The notes: generated by a model not told the origin, from the sequence alone. Positions 9,144 through 19,569 are shown, counted from the stretch's first letter. The stretch is 64,000 nucleotides of DNA from Nibricoccus sp. (GCA_047602425.1 JASGHG010000001.1:4256001-4320000); one strand, 5' to 3'. Made by a program: numbers and translations.

Positions 9144-12100
9144 ATGCATCATGCTATTGCCGCGCGTACGCGCGTGTCTGTTCCTTTCGTAGGAACTTCA
9201 ACGCAGGTTTGGAAAAATCTGCTTTTTTTCTGTGCCGTTTGCCTTCTCGTCATTGGTTCGACTTCTCCACGTGTTTCCGCCCAGACCGCCTCTGCCGAGG
9301 CGACGGGGACGCTCACAGGTAGGGTCTTGAACGTTATAAACGGGCAGTATGTTAAAAATGCTCGCGTGACGGTTGTAGGCAGCAGCCTCGAAGCCGTAAC
9401 GGATGAATTTGGCGAATATCGCATCTACGGTGTTCCCGCCGGCGAGATCACCGTGAAAGTGATCTATCCCGGTCTCGATACGAAAGAGGAAAAACTTGTC
9501 GTGAAAGCCGGTGAATCGATCGAGCGTACGATCCATTTGTCCACCGGCGGTGTAGCTGACTCGGGCGAAACCCTCGTGCTCGATTCCTTTGTGGTGGCTG
9601 GCCAGAAGGACACAAATGCGCGCTCGATCGCCACGAGCGAGCAACGTTATGCCTCGAACATGAAAAGCGTCGTATCGGCGGACGAGTTTGGTGACATTTC
9701 CGAAGGCAACGTCGGCGAGTTCCTGAAATACCTGCCCGGCATCCAGGCCGAGTACAATGCCACCGAAGTGCGCGGTCTCAGCCTCAATGGCTTTGACTCG
9801 AATTTCGTCGGCGTGGCGGTCGACGGTGCTCGCGCCGCCAGCCCCAGCTCCGGCAACGCCAACCGCGGCTTCGACACCCGCGCCATTTCGCTGAACAACA
9901 TCGCGCGTGCCGAAGTGATCAAAGTGCCTTTGGCTGATCTGCCGGCCGACAACATCGGCGGCTCGGTGAATCTCGTGACGAAGAGCGCATTTGAGCACTC
10001 CAAGCCCCAGTTCAATTACAGCGCGTACCTGAGCCTAAACAGTGAAAACAAGGAATTCTGGCAACGCATGCAGGGCCTCCCGAGCAGCAATCGCGTTTAT
10101 CCCGGCATGCCTGGGTTCACCTTCAATTACATCAAACCGATCAACAAAAAGATCGGCATTACCCTTAACGGTCTTTTCACCAATCAGCTCAACGAAAACC
10201 ATCGCCCAGTTGGCACGTGGCGCCTGACTGGCGGAAGTGCCACGCCTTCCAGGCCGTACATGCAGAGCTATCAAATCCAAGATGGCCCCAGCGACGTGCA
10301 CCGCGCCTCGATCAGCGGAAAGCTCGATTGGAAATTAACTCCTAACAGCGTCCTCTCGCTATCGGTCGCCTCCAACGTTTACGACTTCTCCTTCGGCAAC
10401 CGTAATATCACCTACGGACCTGGGACGACCGAAACCTCCTCGATCACCGGTGGCCGCGCACTGTCATTCACTCCCGACTCAACCGTCGGCGCCACCGGCC
10501 GCGGCGACGTGAGCTTGGGCGGCAGCATGCGCACCATGCAGGGCGTCACCAATATCTTCGTGCTGAATTACCGTTTCAACAGTCAGTTTTGGGAAGTCAC
10601 GGCGAACGCCAGCCACTCCAATTCGAAGTCGGCCTACCGCGATACGCGCGACGGATATTTCCAAGATGCGACAATTAACATGCAGGGCATACGCCCTATC
10701 GCGGTCGCGCTCTACGGCACCCAGAATTCTCCCTCGGCTCCCACCGTGGTTGTGACGGACAATTCGAACAACGTCCTCGATTTTCGTGACCTTGCCAATT
10801 ATCGCCTGACCCAGGTTCAATCGAGTCCGGTGGACGGTGAGGTCTCGATCCGTAGCGCGAACGTCGACGTGAAGCGCGCCATCCCGATCAAGTGGATGCC
10901 CACCACGGTGAAAACCGGTGTGGCGATTCGCGAAGAGCTTCGCGACAACCGTCGCTACCAAGACCGCTGGACTTACCTCGGACCTGATCGTGTGGCGAAC
11001 AACGCTGACAACAACCTCGACAGCACTTGGGTGGATTCATACCGCGATGGCGCCGGCTTCAACAATACCGTGGTCTGGCCCGATCGTCGGAAAATGTACG
11101 CGCTTTACCTGGAGCACCCTGAGTATTTCCTCCCACTCTCCGCCGCCAACGAACTTTACCGCATTCAAAATTCCGAAGTTTTGAACGAGACGGTCAGCGC
11201 CGGCTACATTCGCTTGGATGCCCGTCCGATGCGCCGTTTGCTCGTGATCGCCGGAGTGCGCTACGAAAAGACGGCCGACAAAGGCGAAGCCTACTTGTAT
11301 GATCCCGACGCACCATTCCGCGATGCAAACGGCAAAATCGTCGTCGTGGGCGGAGTGAAGGTTCGTCAGCCGGGCATGCCAGCGGCAGGCACTTACGCGG
11401 AAACCCAGCTGCTCTACAAGGAGCGTGGCAACAAAGTCAGCCGCAGCTACGACGGGTTTTATCCCAGCTTTGGCGCGACGTACTCTATCTTGGACAACCT
11501 GCTCTTCCGTTCGTACTACGCTGTCACGATCGGCCGACCCAACATCTCGAACATTCTGCCGGTCAAAACCATTGACGAAAATGATAACGGTTTGGGAGGC
11601 GGCACAATCACGCTGAACAATCCCCAACTCAAACCTTGGACCGGCCGAAGCGTCGACCTCTCGCTTGAATACTACTTCAAGAAAGGTGGCATCGCCTCCG
11701 TGCGTTACTTCACCAAAAAGCTCACCGACTTCTGGCTGAACCGCACCGACGTCGTCAACGCCGAGGCGGCCGAAGAATTCGGTCTGGACCCAGCCTTTGC
11801 CGATGGGACTTGGATCTACACGGCGCGCCGCAACGGCGGTAACGCGAAGATCTCGGGTTACGAAGTTTCATATTCGCAGAAACTTCCTTTCCTGCCCCCG
11901 CGCCTGGACGGCCTCTCGTTCATGGCCAATATGACCGAAAATCATGTGGAGGGTGATCGGGCTGCTGACTTTACCCGCTTCATTTCACGCAGTGGCAACG
12001 TCGGCCTCGGCTGGAACAAATATCGCGTCCGTGCAGATCTAAAATGGAATTACCGCGGCCAAGTCGTGAGCGTCTCCAATGCAGCTTTGAACATCTACAA

Positions 12101-12305
12101 CTACGAGCGCCCCCGCTACAGCCTCGATTTCAACATTAGCTACAAGCTCTCGCAGCATCTCGAAGCCTATTTCAACGTGCGCAACCTGACGAACCGTCCG
12201 CAGGTCAACTTCACCTACAACGACGATGTTCCGTACTATGCACGCCATCGCCAGACGCAGGAATTCGGCATCCCGATGTACATCGGCTTGAAGGGTTCTT
12301 ATTGA
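9144..12305 (+). CDS. TonB-dependent receptor with N-terminal carboxypeptidase-regulatory-like domain
   Basis: GTLTGRV...TDEFGEYRI N-terminal domain, plug (NVGEFLKYLPGI, IGGSVNLVTKSAF), NPQLKP...DLSLEYYF, NVRNLTN and an aromatic C-terminus (GLKGSY). Start uncertain. Confidence 0.92.
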   Translation: MHHAIAARTRVSVPFVGTSTQVWKNLLFFCAVCLLVIGSTSPRVSAQTASAEATGTLTGRVLNVINGQYVKNARVTVVGSSLEAVTDEFGEYRIYGVPAGEITVKVIYPGLDTKEEKLVVKAGESIERTIHLSTGGVADSGETLVLDSFVVAGQKDTNARSIATSEQRYASNMKSVVSADEFGDISEGNVGEFLKYLPGIQAEYNATEVRGLSLNGFDSNFVGVAVDGARAASPSSGNANRGFDTRAISLNNIARAEVIKVPLADLPADNIGGSVNLVTKSAFEHSKPQFNYSAYLSLNSENKEFWQRMQGLPSSNRVYPGMPGFTFNYIKPINKKIGITLNGLFTNQLNENHRPVGTWRLTGGSATPSRPYMQSYQIQDGPSDVHRASISGKLDWKLTPNSVLSLSVASNVYDFSFGNRNITYGPGTTETSSITGGRALSFTPDSTVGATGRGDVSLGGSMRTMQGVTNIFVLNYRFNSQFWEVTANASHSNSKSAYRDTRDGYFQDATINMQGIRPIAVALYGTQNSPSAPTVVVTDNSNNVLDFRDLANYRLTQVQSSPVDGEVSIRSANVDVKRAIPIKWMPTTVKTGVAIREELRDNRRYQDRWTYLGPDRVANNADNNLDSTWVDSYRDGAGFNNTVVWPDRRKMYALYLEHPEYFLPLSAANELYRIQNSEVLNETVSAGYIRLDARPMRRLLVIAGVRYEKTADKGEAYLYDPDAPFRDANGKIVVVGGVKVRQPGMPAAGTYAETQLLYKERGNKVSRSYDGFYPSFGATYSILDNLLFRSYYAVTIGRPNISNILPVKTIDENDNGLGGGTITLNNPQLKPWTGRSVDLSLEYYFKKGGIASVRYFTKKLTDFWLNRTDVVNAEAAEEFGLDPAFADGTWIYTARRNGGNAKISGYEVSYSQKLPFLPPRLDGLSFMANMTENHVEGDRAADFTRFISRSGNVGLGWNKYRVRADLKWNYRGQVVSVSNAALNIYNYERPRYSLDFNISYKLSQHLEAYFNVRNLTNRPQVNFTYNDDVPYYARHRQTQEFGIPMYIGLKGSY

Positions 12306-12321
12306 TTTGTTCAGTGATGCA

Positions 12322-12358
12322 GAGGCGGGGCGCGCGTCGGCGCTCCCCGCCTTTTTTT
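12322..12358 (+). terminator. Intrinsic terminator
   Basis: GAGGCGGGGCGC...GCGCTCCCCGCC followed by a T run. Confidence 0.8.
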
Positions 12359-12404
12359 GGAGGCTGGCTTTGGGATGGTTGAAGGATTTTATTTCCCTAC
12401 GCGT

Positions 12405-14186
12405 ATGGTTCGTCACGTCGATTTCGCCTTGATCTTTCTCGCCTTGCTCACGTGTGGTATCTCGCGCGCTGCGTCGGATACAGCCACTGCCACGGAAGCC
12501 GCACCCGAGACCATTGTGCTGCCGAAGTATGATGTTACGACTGACCGCGTGCTGGCCCCAATTGAGAAGTGGGACTATGTTGCAATCGATGGTTTTGAGA
12601 TTCTCTCGAATGCGCCGAACAAGGAAACCCGCCGCTTCGTGAAGGACTTTTGCCTCTTGCAACAGGTTGCTAAAATCCTTTTGCCGGGGGCCAAAACGGT
12701 CTCCCCGGCGCCCACCAGCATCGTTCTCTGCGAAAAGGAAAAGGCATTCGCTGCTTTCCTGCCGCAGGAGGACGCGAAATCAAGCGCGCCGGTTCGCGGC
12801 CGGTTTCTCAGTAACGGCGAGCGCGATGCCATCGTGGTCGATTTTGGGTCCGGTGACAATCCAGGCCTCGCCGACACGTTTGATTTCAGCTGGGACTCCG
12901 CGTTTCGTAGTTTTTACCTCCAGTATTTTCGGCAGATTATCCGCCGCAGTATCAAGCCCGCGCCGCCGTACTGGCTGGAGGAAGGACTCGTGCAGTTGTT
13001 CGCCAACACGGATTTTTCCGATACTCACATCAACTTTGCCGACCTTGATCGCCACGACACGTCAGTGCGCACGGCGAACCAGTCGGATTCCATGCTCTCG
13101 TCATCTGCGCCGCGAATCAGCGAGAGCATGATTCCCGAAAGGGAACTACCCAGGGATGCGCGCCAATTTGCTTCCTCAGGCGACTTCCGAAGCATTTTTT
13201 CCCAGCGCGGTTTCATTCCATTAAAGGAGTTTTTTGCGGTGTCAGGAAACACCCCCGTGGAAAAACGGCCTGAGTATTTTTCGACGCAGGCCTTTTTATT
13301 TACGCATCTTTGCCTCTACGGACAGGAGCAGCGCTACGCGTCGGCTTTCTTCAAACTCGCCGAGGAATCTGCTCGCGGCCCGATCACGGAGGAGATCTTC
13401 AAGAAACACTTTGGAATGTCGTACAGCACGATGCAGATCGAGATGCGGAGCTACATCGAGTTCACCAATTACAAATCGCTCCAGATGAGCAGCGGAAAAT
13501 CGAAGACCAAGCTGGCGGAAGTGCCGCCTTTCACGGTCCGACCGGCCACGGACGCTGAGTCGAGCCGGATCTCGGGTGAGGTGTTGCGTCTCGCCGGGCA
13601 TAAGCACGCCGCCCTTAACCGTCTGATCGCCGCGTATGTGCGTGGCAACTACGATGCCGATCTGCTGGCCGTGCTGGGCTGCGCCGAACTTGACGCCGGG
13701 CACGCGGAACGTGCCCGAAAATTTCTTGAAACAGCCTTCAGGGACAAAACCACCCAAACCCAGGCTTATCTGGAATTGGCGAAACTAAGAGTCTCTGAGA
13801 TCAACGCGAAGCTCTCGAAAGAAGGTCGCATGGCCACACAGGACGAAATCGCCTATATGCAGGCGCCTCTTTATGCGGGACTGAAGCAACCGGCGGCGGG
13901 TGCGGCCTTTCACAGTTTGATTGCGCGCACCTGGCTGATCAGTCCCACGGTGCCCACAAAAGAACAATATGGCCAGCTCTTGCTGGCGGCGCAAAAATAC
14001 TATCACGATTTGGGGCTTGTCTATTATGTCGCCGAACTCGGGAGGAAAATCGGTTATCCTGATATGAGCCGACAGCTCGCGGTTTTCGGAATGAATAATG
14101 CGGCGGATGCAAAGGCGAAAGCCCGGTTCGAGGCGCTTTTGCGCGAGCTGCCGTCGGAGAAACAAGCGGCAGGACCAAAACCTTAA
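12405..14186 (+). CDS. Secreted hypothetical protein: gluzincin/DUF1570-like N-terminal region lacking HExxH, helical (TPR-like) C-terminus
   Basis: Signal peptide. PYWLEEGLVQLF resembles the W-x-x-E-G third-ligand motif. C-terminal helical repeats (LLAVLGCAELDAGHAERARKFLETA). Confidence 0.6.
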   Translation: MVRHVDFALIFLALLTCGISRAASDTATATEAAPETIVLPKYDVTTDRVLAPIEKWDYVAIDGFEILSNAPNKETRRFVKDFCLLQQVAKILLPGAKTVSPAPTSIVLCEKEKAFAAFLPQEDAKSSAPVRGRFLSNGERDAIVVDFGSGDNPGLADTFDFSWDSAFRSFYLQYFRQIIRRSIKPAPPYWLEEGLVQLFANTDFSDTHINFADLDRHDTSVRTANQSDSMLSSSAPRISESMIPERELPRDARQFASSGDFRSIFSQRGFIPLKEFFAVSGNTPVEKRPEYFSTQAFLFTHLCLYGQEQRYASAFFKLAEESARGPITEEIFKKHFGMSYSTMQIEMRSYIEFTNYKSLQMSSGKSKTKLAEVPPFTVRPATDAESSRISGEVLRLAGHKHAALNRLIAAYVRGNYDADLLAVLGCAELDAGHAERARKFLETAFRDKTTQTQAYLELAKLRVSEINAKLSKEGRMATQDEIAYMQAPLYAGLKQPAAGAAFHSLIARTWLISPTVPTKEQYGQLLLAAQKYYHDLGLVYYVAELGRKIGYPDMSRQLAVFGMNNAADAKAKARFEALLRELPSEKQAAGPKP

Positions 14187-14210
14187 CCAGTCGACCGATA
14201 TCCGATCGAT

Positions 14211-14588
14211 TTACTTCCTCGAATGGAGTCCGATCAAATTGCCTTCCGTGTCGTGGACGAGGGAGATGAAACCATATTCGCCGATGGAAAACTTTTCTTT
14301 GAACACTTTGCCGCCGTTTTTGGCCGCGCGCGCCGATTCGACGGCGCAGTCCACGCACGAGAAATAGACGATCGTGCTGTTTCCGCCGGATTTGAATCCT
14401 TCCATTTTAACCAATGAGCCGGCGGAACCGGGCTTGTCGGGTGACATGGGAAACGCGTACATTTTAATGATCGGGCTCGGCAGGGCCTCGAGTTTTACCT
14501 CTAGCGTTTTTTCATAAAACGCTTTCGCGCGTTCCATGTCTTGTACGTAGATTTCGAACCAACCGACGGGATTGCGTGCGCTATTCAT
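14211..14588 (-). CDS. VOC (glyoxalase/bleomycin resistance) family protein
   Basis: NPVGWFEIYVQDMERAKAFY...VYFS...DTEGNLIGLHS. Confidence 0.92.
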   Translation of the reverse strand: MNSARNPVGWFEIYVQDMERAKAFYEKTLEVKLEALPSPIIKMYAFPMSPDKPGSAGSLVKMEGFKSGGNSTIVYFSCVDCAVESARAAKNGGKVFKEKFSIGEYGFISLVHDTEGNLIGLHSRK

Positions 14589-14736
14589 AGGCTTTTTTTG
14601 GGTAATGCGTTTTTGTCGCGAGGCGTCGGTAAAGTCTTCCGAAGCACGAAAAGTTCAACCGGTCGCAGCAAATTTTGCGGGCGCGCTGCGCTCTGGCGGC
14701 GTTCCCGCGGTGCACAATGATTCTCTGCGCCTGCGC

Positions 14737-15321
14737 TCAATGCTGCGCGGCGTCGCTCATTGTTGCCGCCGGATGGGCTGTAGTTAGACGGTCGATCCAC
14801 GCGAGCACCAGGGCCGAGACCACGAACGTTAGGTGAATGGCCACCTGCCACAGCAGGGCTTTTTCGGTCGTCACGTCCGCGTTGATGAAGGTTTTTAGGA
14901 GGTGAATCGACGAGATGCCGATGAGGGCCATGGCCAGTTTCACCTTGAGCACGCCGGCATTCACATGGGAAAGCCACTCGGGCTGGTCGGGATGTCCCTC
15001 AAGATTGAGTCGCGACACGAAGGTTTCATAACCACCGACAATCACCATAATAAGCAGATTGGCGATCATGACGACGTCGATGAGTCCCAGGACGGTGAGC
15101 ATTACGATCGTTTCCGTGTCACGCCCGGCGACTGCGCCCGAACTGGGCGCCGCGTGGCCGAGCAATGCGAAATCGATCAAGTGCCACAGCTCCACGAGGA
15201 ACCGGTAGACGTACACCATCTGTGCGACGATGAGGCCGACATAGAGCGGGGCCTGCAGCCAGCGGCTGAGAAAGATCAGGTTGGAGAGGGAGCGTTGGCG
15301 GCGTTGCGTCGTGTTGACCAT
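14737..15321 (-). CDS. UPF0114 (YqhA/TIGR00645) membrane protein
   Basis: SRWLQAPLYVGLI, LIDVVMIANLLIMVIVGGYETFVSRL, LKVKLAMALIGISSIHLLKTF. Confidence 0.92.
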   Translation of the reverse strand: MVNTTQRRQRSLSNLIFLSRWLQAPLYVGLIVAQMVYVYRFLVELWHLIDFALLGHAAPSSGAVAGRDTETIVMLTVLGLIDVVMIANLLIMVIVGGYETFVSRLNLEGHPDQPEWLSHVNAGVLKVKLAMALIGISSIHLLKTFINADVTTEKALLWQVAIHLTFVVSALVLAWIDRLTTAHPAATMSDAAQH

Positions 15322-15460
15322 GGAGAGCGGCGAAATGGATGCACGATTTTGCGCGCCGCAAATTATTTTTCATGAAGCCACGAAAACAGTCAGGCACGGT
15401 GCCGCAATTTCGGCCACCCTGAAATTGGATGGCGCTATATCGGAAGGAGACAAAGCCTGC

Positions 15461-15805
15461 TCACTTCAACGTCGCCTGAATCTTCTTTGGCAGTTTGGCC
15501 ACGACGAGGTCGTAGCTGTGGCGGATGCGGTTGTTCAATTCCTGCTCAGGCAGGGCGGCGAGGTCTTCGACGCGCACCCACATCCGCTTGGCAAAATACG
15601 GCGCCTGACCAACGCCGTCGATGGCAGTGAGTTCGGCAAATTCGTCCGGCGTGCACTTGAAGATGACGCCGCTGATCGTTTCGCCATCGAGCGAGATCAT
15701 GAAAAAGGCCTTCTCCACAACCTTGAAGACCAAGCCGCCCCACTGGCTCACGACTGTGGTTTGCGGCAGACCGAGGGCGTAGGATTTGAGCCGTTCGAGA
15801 CGCAC
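15461..15805 (-). CDS. MmcQ/YjbR family protein
   Basis: LVFKV.EKAF, FKCTP, APYFAKRMWV, IRHSYDLVVAKLPKK. Confidence 0.9.
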   Translation of the reverse strand: MRLERLKSYALGLPQTTVVSQWGGLVFKVVEKAFFMISLDGETISGVIFKCTPDEFAELTAIDGVGQAPYFAKRMWVRVEDLAALPEQELNNRIRHSYDLVVAKLPKKIQATLK

Positions 15806-15817
15806 GGGATTTGGAAA

Positions 15818-16192
15818 TCAGTTTTGGGCAAGCCGTTTCTCGCCGGGAATGCTCCAGGCTTTGGCAATGCGACCCTCGTTTATTTCATAGATCATCACAA
15901 GCTCAAGCGTGCCGGCGCCCTCCGGAAAAGTTCGAGTGACAATTTCGTGATCGATGACAGTCGTGCCCACGACAATCCGGTGAACAAGTTTCGCCAACAG
16001 GTTCGGTTCTGCAAAACGCGCCGAAAAACGAGCTCGTAGTTCCTCCGTGCCACGCGCGACCAATTTTGACGGGTATTCGAACAATTCAGCGTCGTCTGCG
16101 TAGATCGATAGCAGCGCCGTCAAATCGCGGGCATTGAATGCCTCCAGCTGGCGCTGCACAACCGATTCGGATGTAATTGGAGTTTTGATCAT
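15818..16192 (-). CDS. SnoaL-like/NTF2 family protein
   Basis: VVQRQLEAFNARDL...YADDA...VIDHE...IYEINEGRIAKAW. Confidence 0.88.
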   Translation of the reverse strand: MIKTPITSESVVQRQLEAFNARDLTALLSIYADDAELFEYPSKLVARGTEELRARFSARFAEPNLLAKLVHRIVVGTTVIDHEIVTRTFPEGAGTLELVMIYEINEGRIAKAWSIPGEKRLAQN

Positions 16193-16287
16193 GGTTCACT
16201 CCCGGACAAAAAGCTGATGTAATCTAGGACGGATGGTTCGGTCTGCGACCCCGGAGTTAAACACATCGGCCTACCTCGGTTCACCGG

Positions 16288-17172
16288 TTATTCCTCCGTG
16301 GCAATGGGCGTGGTTTTGCCTCTTAGGGCGGTGAATGCCGTGCCGCCCAAAATAAGCGCGGCGCCCACGAGTTCATGCGCGGCGAAATGCTCGTGAAAGA
16401 AAACCGCGCCGCCGACGGCGATACCCAGCGGCACGAGCATTTGCAGGAGGGAACCTTCTCCCACCGGCAGATCTCGGAACGCGCGCGTCATCATGAGCTG
16501 GCCGGCGCCGGCCGCGAGACTGGCCAGTAAAATCACCAACCAAGCCAGAGGCGGCATCGGTTTGAAGGTCATCCACGCGGGGATGGTGCAGAGCAGGAGC
16601 CCATAAACACATTGGGCGGCAAAAATCGTGGAGGTATGTTCGCTGCCATGAAGCTGACGGATCGTCACGACAATGTAGGCTGATAGCAGTGCGGCCACAA
16701 CTGCGAGCAAATCGTACATTCCTGGGTGCGCGGTTGAGGCGAAGATATTGGTGAGAAGGGCGATTCCCGCCAGCGCTGCGGCGCCTCCACCGAGGACGGC
16801 GGGCTGGAGTTTTTCGCGCAGCATCCAAGCCGCGAGCAGGGCGCCCCAGATCACGTAGGTGTTGCCAATAAAAGTCGCGCGGCCCGCGCCGATGTGAACC
16901 ACACAAAGGTAGGTCAGATACACACCGCCGCCGCCGATGATGCCGCGCTCGATGAGCTTGGCATTTTGGTAAAGGTGACGGGGTTGAAATTCACTGCGAT
17001 AGACGATGACGATCAAGCCCAACCCCACAACGAACCGGGCCACAGAGACCAGCCAGATGTTGGCCACCTGCATCTCGCCGAGCAGCCGCACCATCAGGAC
17101 GTTGCTGGTGAAACAACCGGCTGACGTCAGCATCAGGAGGAGCGCGCGGCGGTGCGTGGAAGTGGCGGACAT
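16288..17172 (-). CDS. EamA/DMT family transporter
   Basis: About 10 hydrophobic segments in two EamA repeats (ARFVVG, LREKL, GQLMMTRAF, FFHE). Start placed at MSATS. Confidence 0.88.
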   Translation of the reverse strand: MSATSTHRRALLLMLTSAGCFTSNVLMVRLLGEMQVANIWLVSVARFVVGLGLIVIVYRSEFQPRHLYQNAKLIERGIIGGGGVYLTYLCVVHIGAGRATFIGNTYVIWGALLAAWMLREKLQPAVLGGGAAALAGIALLTNIFASTAHPGMYDLLAVVAALLSAYIVVTIRQLHGSEHTSTIFAAQCVYGLLLCTIPAWMTFKPMPPLAWLVILLASLAAGAGQLMMTRAFRDLPVGEGSLLQMLVPLGIAVGGAVFFHEHFAAHELVGAALILGGTAFTALRGKTTPIATEE

Positions 17173-17655
17173 GGAAGCATCAAGGACCGCGCGGAAATCC
17201 ATCGCGGTCAAGCGGCGTTCCTCTGTGCGACAAAAAATCACAATGTCTGTACGGCCTGGGATCGGCTGCGTTATGTTGACGCGGGAGAGGATAGAAAAAT
17301 CAGTGCACGTGAAGACGAAAGTTGAGTCGGAGCCCGAGGTCCCGGTGGGTTGGGGTCGATAGCAGTTTAGGTTGTCTCGCGAAGAGGCAGAAGGAAGCGA
17401 AAGGGAAGAACCGCTAGTTTGGTGGTATCGTCGTGTTCGTTATGCCAATGGGCACTTGTTCAACAACAATCGATGAAACCGCATTCCTCATGGCATTGAA
17501 CTTCAAGCTCCGTCATTTCCGTTTACCCTTTAAAAAAGGACGGAAAATTTCTTTGAACAGGAGGGAACAGAGAAAACGGAGAGTTGCGTGGGAAAGGCCA
17601 CCCGCGAGGTCTTTACACCTGAAAAACGGGTTGGGAAGTTATGTTGAAGGTGATT

Positions 17656-17689
17656 AAAAAGAAAAAGCCCGTTCCGTACGGAACGGGCT
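17656..17689 (-). terminator. Intrinsic terminator (perfect 24-bp palindrome plus minus-strand U-tract) with no adjacent CDS
   Basis: AGCCCGTTCCGTACGGAACGGGCT (17666-17689), followed on the minus strand by TTTTCTTTTT. Confidence 0.7.
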
Positions 17690-17770
17690 AAAAGGTATGG
17701 CCGGAGCTTGCTCAACGGCTCTCCTTTTGGTCCAGCTTCAACTAACTATCGTTGGAGGTGCAACGACACG
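17656..17770 (-). ncRNA. Candidate small RNA (~110 nt)
   Basis: Bounded by a TTGACG-N17-CATTTT promoter-like element (17802-17774) and the terminator above. No convincing ORF between them. Confidence 0.4.
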
Positions 17771-18216
17771 GGGAAAATGCGTTGGGTTGCACGGAACGTC
17801 AACCGCCAGCGCCAGTTAAAATTTCCCTATTGCGAGGTAAAATTTTGTTTTGACAGCGAGAGACCGATCAATCGTCCAGAGGCTATAGGATGAAAGGTTC
17901 CACTACCTTTTTACTCCTATAAAATGGATCGTCTGGTTGAAATTTAACAAGAGAAAGGGGAGAAGCTAAGGACAGGCGTGCCGTGCAATCGCTGAGGAGG
18001 GCCTGTTTCGTTGCATGGATGTGACATTTGTCTACCGGTGTTTTGTCTACCGAATGTTGGCCAAAATTTAGGTAGTTTTTTTTGAAGAGGATCTTGGGCC
18101 TGCTTGGTATTTTCTGCTGTCTTCAAATTCGTGCGGGACTTTGCGTCCTCATGGATTTGATGGCGGGAAAATAAACACGGGCTCTTACGCCCAATAACAA
18201 AAATACAGAATCCTAT

Positions 18217-18915
18217 ATGAATAAAAAAATGTTATCTCGTTCGTGGTTCGTCGCGGTCATGCTGGGGTTGATTGTCAATGTAGCTCAGGCTCAAATCAGC
18301 GAATTTACGGTGGAATCGCTTACCGGGCCCGGTAATAACGTCCAGATTTCCGGTCTTTTCGTGAGTCAGAATGCTTTGCTCGATGTGACACAACCCGTGG
18401 ACGTCAGTGGTCTGGTATCTTACTTTTCATCGTTTTATACCCTCGCACCAGGCGTAGCAGGAACTGCTTTGGCCACCTCAAGTAGCTGGCAATGGCGCTC
18501 AACCCGCGTCGTCAACCAATATGCGCCGAACATCGGTTTCACCTCCAGCGCACCTATTACGAACTGCAGCGGACGTTTCTATGTCGAGGCGCCGGTCAAC
18601 GTATGGGACGAGGATTCTGGGACTTGGAACCAGACAGGGGGATCCGGTGGAACGATCCGCTTCACAGTCACTGAAACACGTTCATTTTTTGTTCAAGTCT
18701 TTGGATATAATATTTTGGGACAATATGGCTTGGTGGGTGCAAAATCTCCATATGTGTACCTATATAACGCGAATACCTGGCAATACGTTGGATACTTTGG
18801 CGGAGAGGGAACCTCGAGCATCGGTACACTGACGCCGGGCAACTACATTATGTTTGTCGACGCGGAAGTCGACACCGACTCGGGCATTGTTATGGCTAGT
18901 GTAAATGCTAACTAA
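18217..18915 (+). CDS. Secreted hypothetical beta-rich protein
   Basis: Signal peptide MNKKMLSRSWFVAVMLGLIVNVAQA. Rich in Gly, Ser and aromatic residues. Has its own terminator. Confidence 0.75.
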   Translation: MNKKMLSRSWFVAVMLGLIVNVAQAQISEFTVESLTGPGNNVQISGLFVSQNALLDVTQPVDVSGLVSYFSSFYTLAPGVAGTALATSSSWQWRSTRVVNQYAPNIGFTSSAPITNCSGRFYVEAPVNVWDEDSGTWNQTGGSGGTIRFTVTETRSFFVQVFGYNILGQYGLVGAKSPYVYLYNANTWQYVGYFGGEGTSSIGTLTPGNYIMFVDAEVDTDSGIVMASVNAN

Positions 18916-18941
18916 GAATTCGTCCTAGGAATTCTTGTTAT

Positions 18942-18980
18942 TGCCCGTCGCGATACTCGATCGCGACGGGCATTTTTATT
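18942..18980 (+). terminator. Intrinsic terminator
   Basis: TGCCCGTCGCGAT-ACTCG-ATCGCGACGGGCA-TTTTTATT. Confidence 0.8.
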
Positions 18981-19029
18981 TAGTTCAAAATGGGTCCGTT
19001 TCACACCATCTGCATTTCGTGCGGTGCCG

Positions 19030-19059
19030 AAAAATAGCCGGAGCTTATGGCTCCGGCTT
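19030..19059 (-). terminator. Intrinsic terminator
   Basis: AGCCGGAGC...GCTCCGGCT hairpin with a minus-strand T run, just after the stop at 19084. Confidence 0.65.
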
Positions 19060-19083
19060 TCGTTTGTCGTGCGTAGCGAAAAA

Positions 19084-19569
19084 CTATTTCGCCTTTTTTA
19101 GGCGGGCGAGCAAATGGTCGTCGATTGCGCCGTGGTCTCGAGCGAGCGCCAGTAGCTGCGTTTCCAAAGCGCCTGTTGCATCGTTTCGGACCTCTGGCGG
19201 ATTCACCCGTGCGGCCGCTGCTTTTCCAAGGGCGGCCGGTTTTCTATTGATACGCACACCGGCGCGACCGACCTGCATGTCTTGAATGCTGGCGCGATTG
19301 ACCGACAGGTTTGTGACTCGGATGCCGGTATAGCCCAAGGTTGGACGTTCGGTGGCGGTGCTGGACGCAGCTTGCGACGAAGGCAGGGCTTCCGCTGTAG
19401 CAAGTATATTGTCGATCTGGGCTGGATCGGTGAGGGTAAAGACAGGATTGGGCCTGCCCGAGAAAACAAGAATTTCGACGCGCAGGGCGGCGGGTGAGGC
19501 TGAATTCTGAGCGTTCATGGTGGGGAGAGCACTAACGATCAGAAAGAGGGAAAAGAATAGTTTTTTCAT
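19084..19569 (-). CDS. Secreted hypothetical protein with FSGRPNP / LGYTG motifs (partner of the upstream peptidase-like gene)
   Basis: Signal peptide MKKLFFSLFLIVSALPTMNA. VEILVFSGRPNPVFTL and PTLGYTGIRV motifs. Starts 17 bp after the upstream gene's stop. Confidence 0.75.
   Translation of the reverse strand: MKKLFFSLFLIVSALPTMNAQNSASPAALRVEILVFSGRPNPVFTLTDPAQIDNILATAEALPSSQAASSTATERPTLGYTGIRVTNLSVNRASIQDMQVGRAGVRINRKPAALGKAAAARVNPPEVRNDATGALETQLLALARDHGAIDDHLLARLKKAK

Noticed and set aside
18133..18145. Shared GCGGGACNTT motif upstream of the 18217 and 25729 genes as an ECF promoter
   Set aside because: No matching -10 element is shared, and two short instances could be chance.
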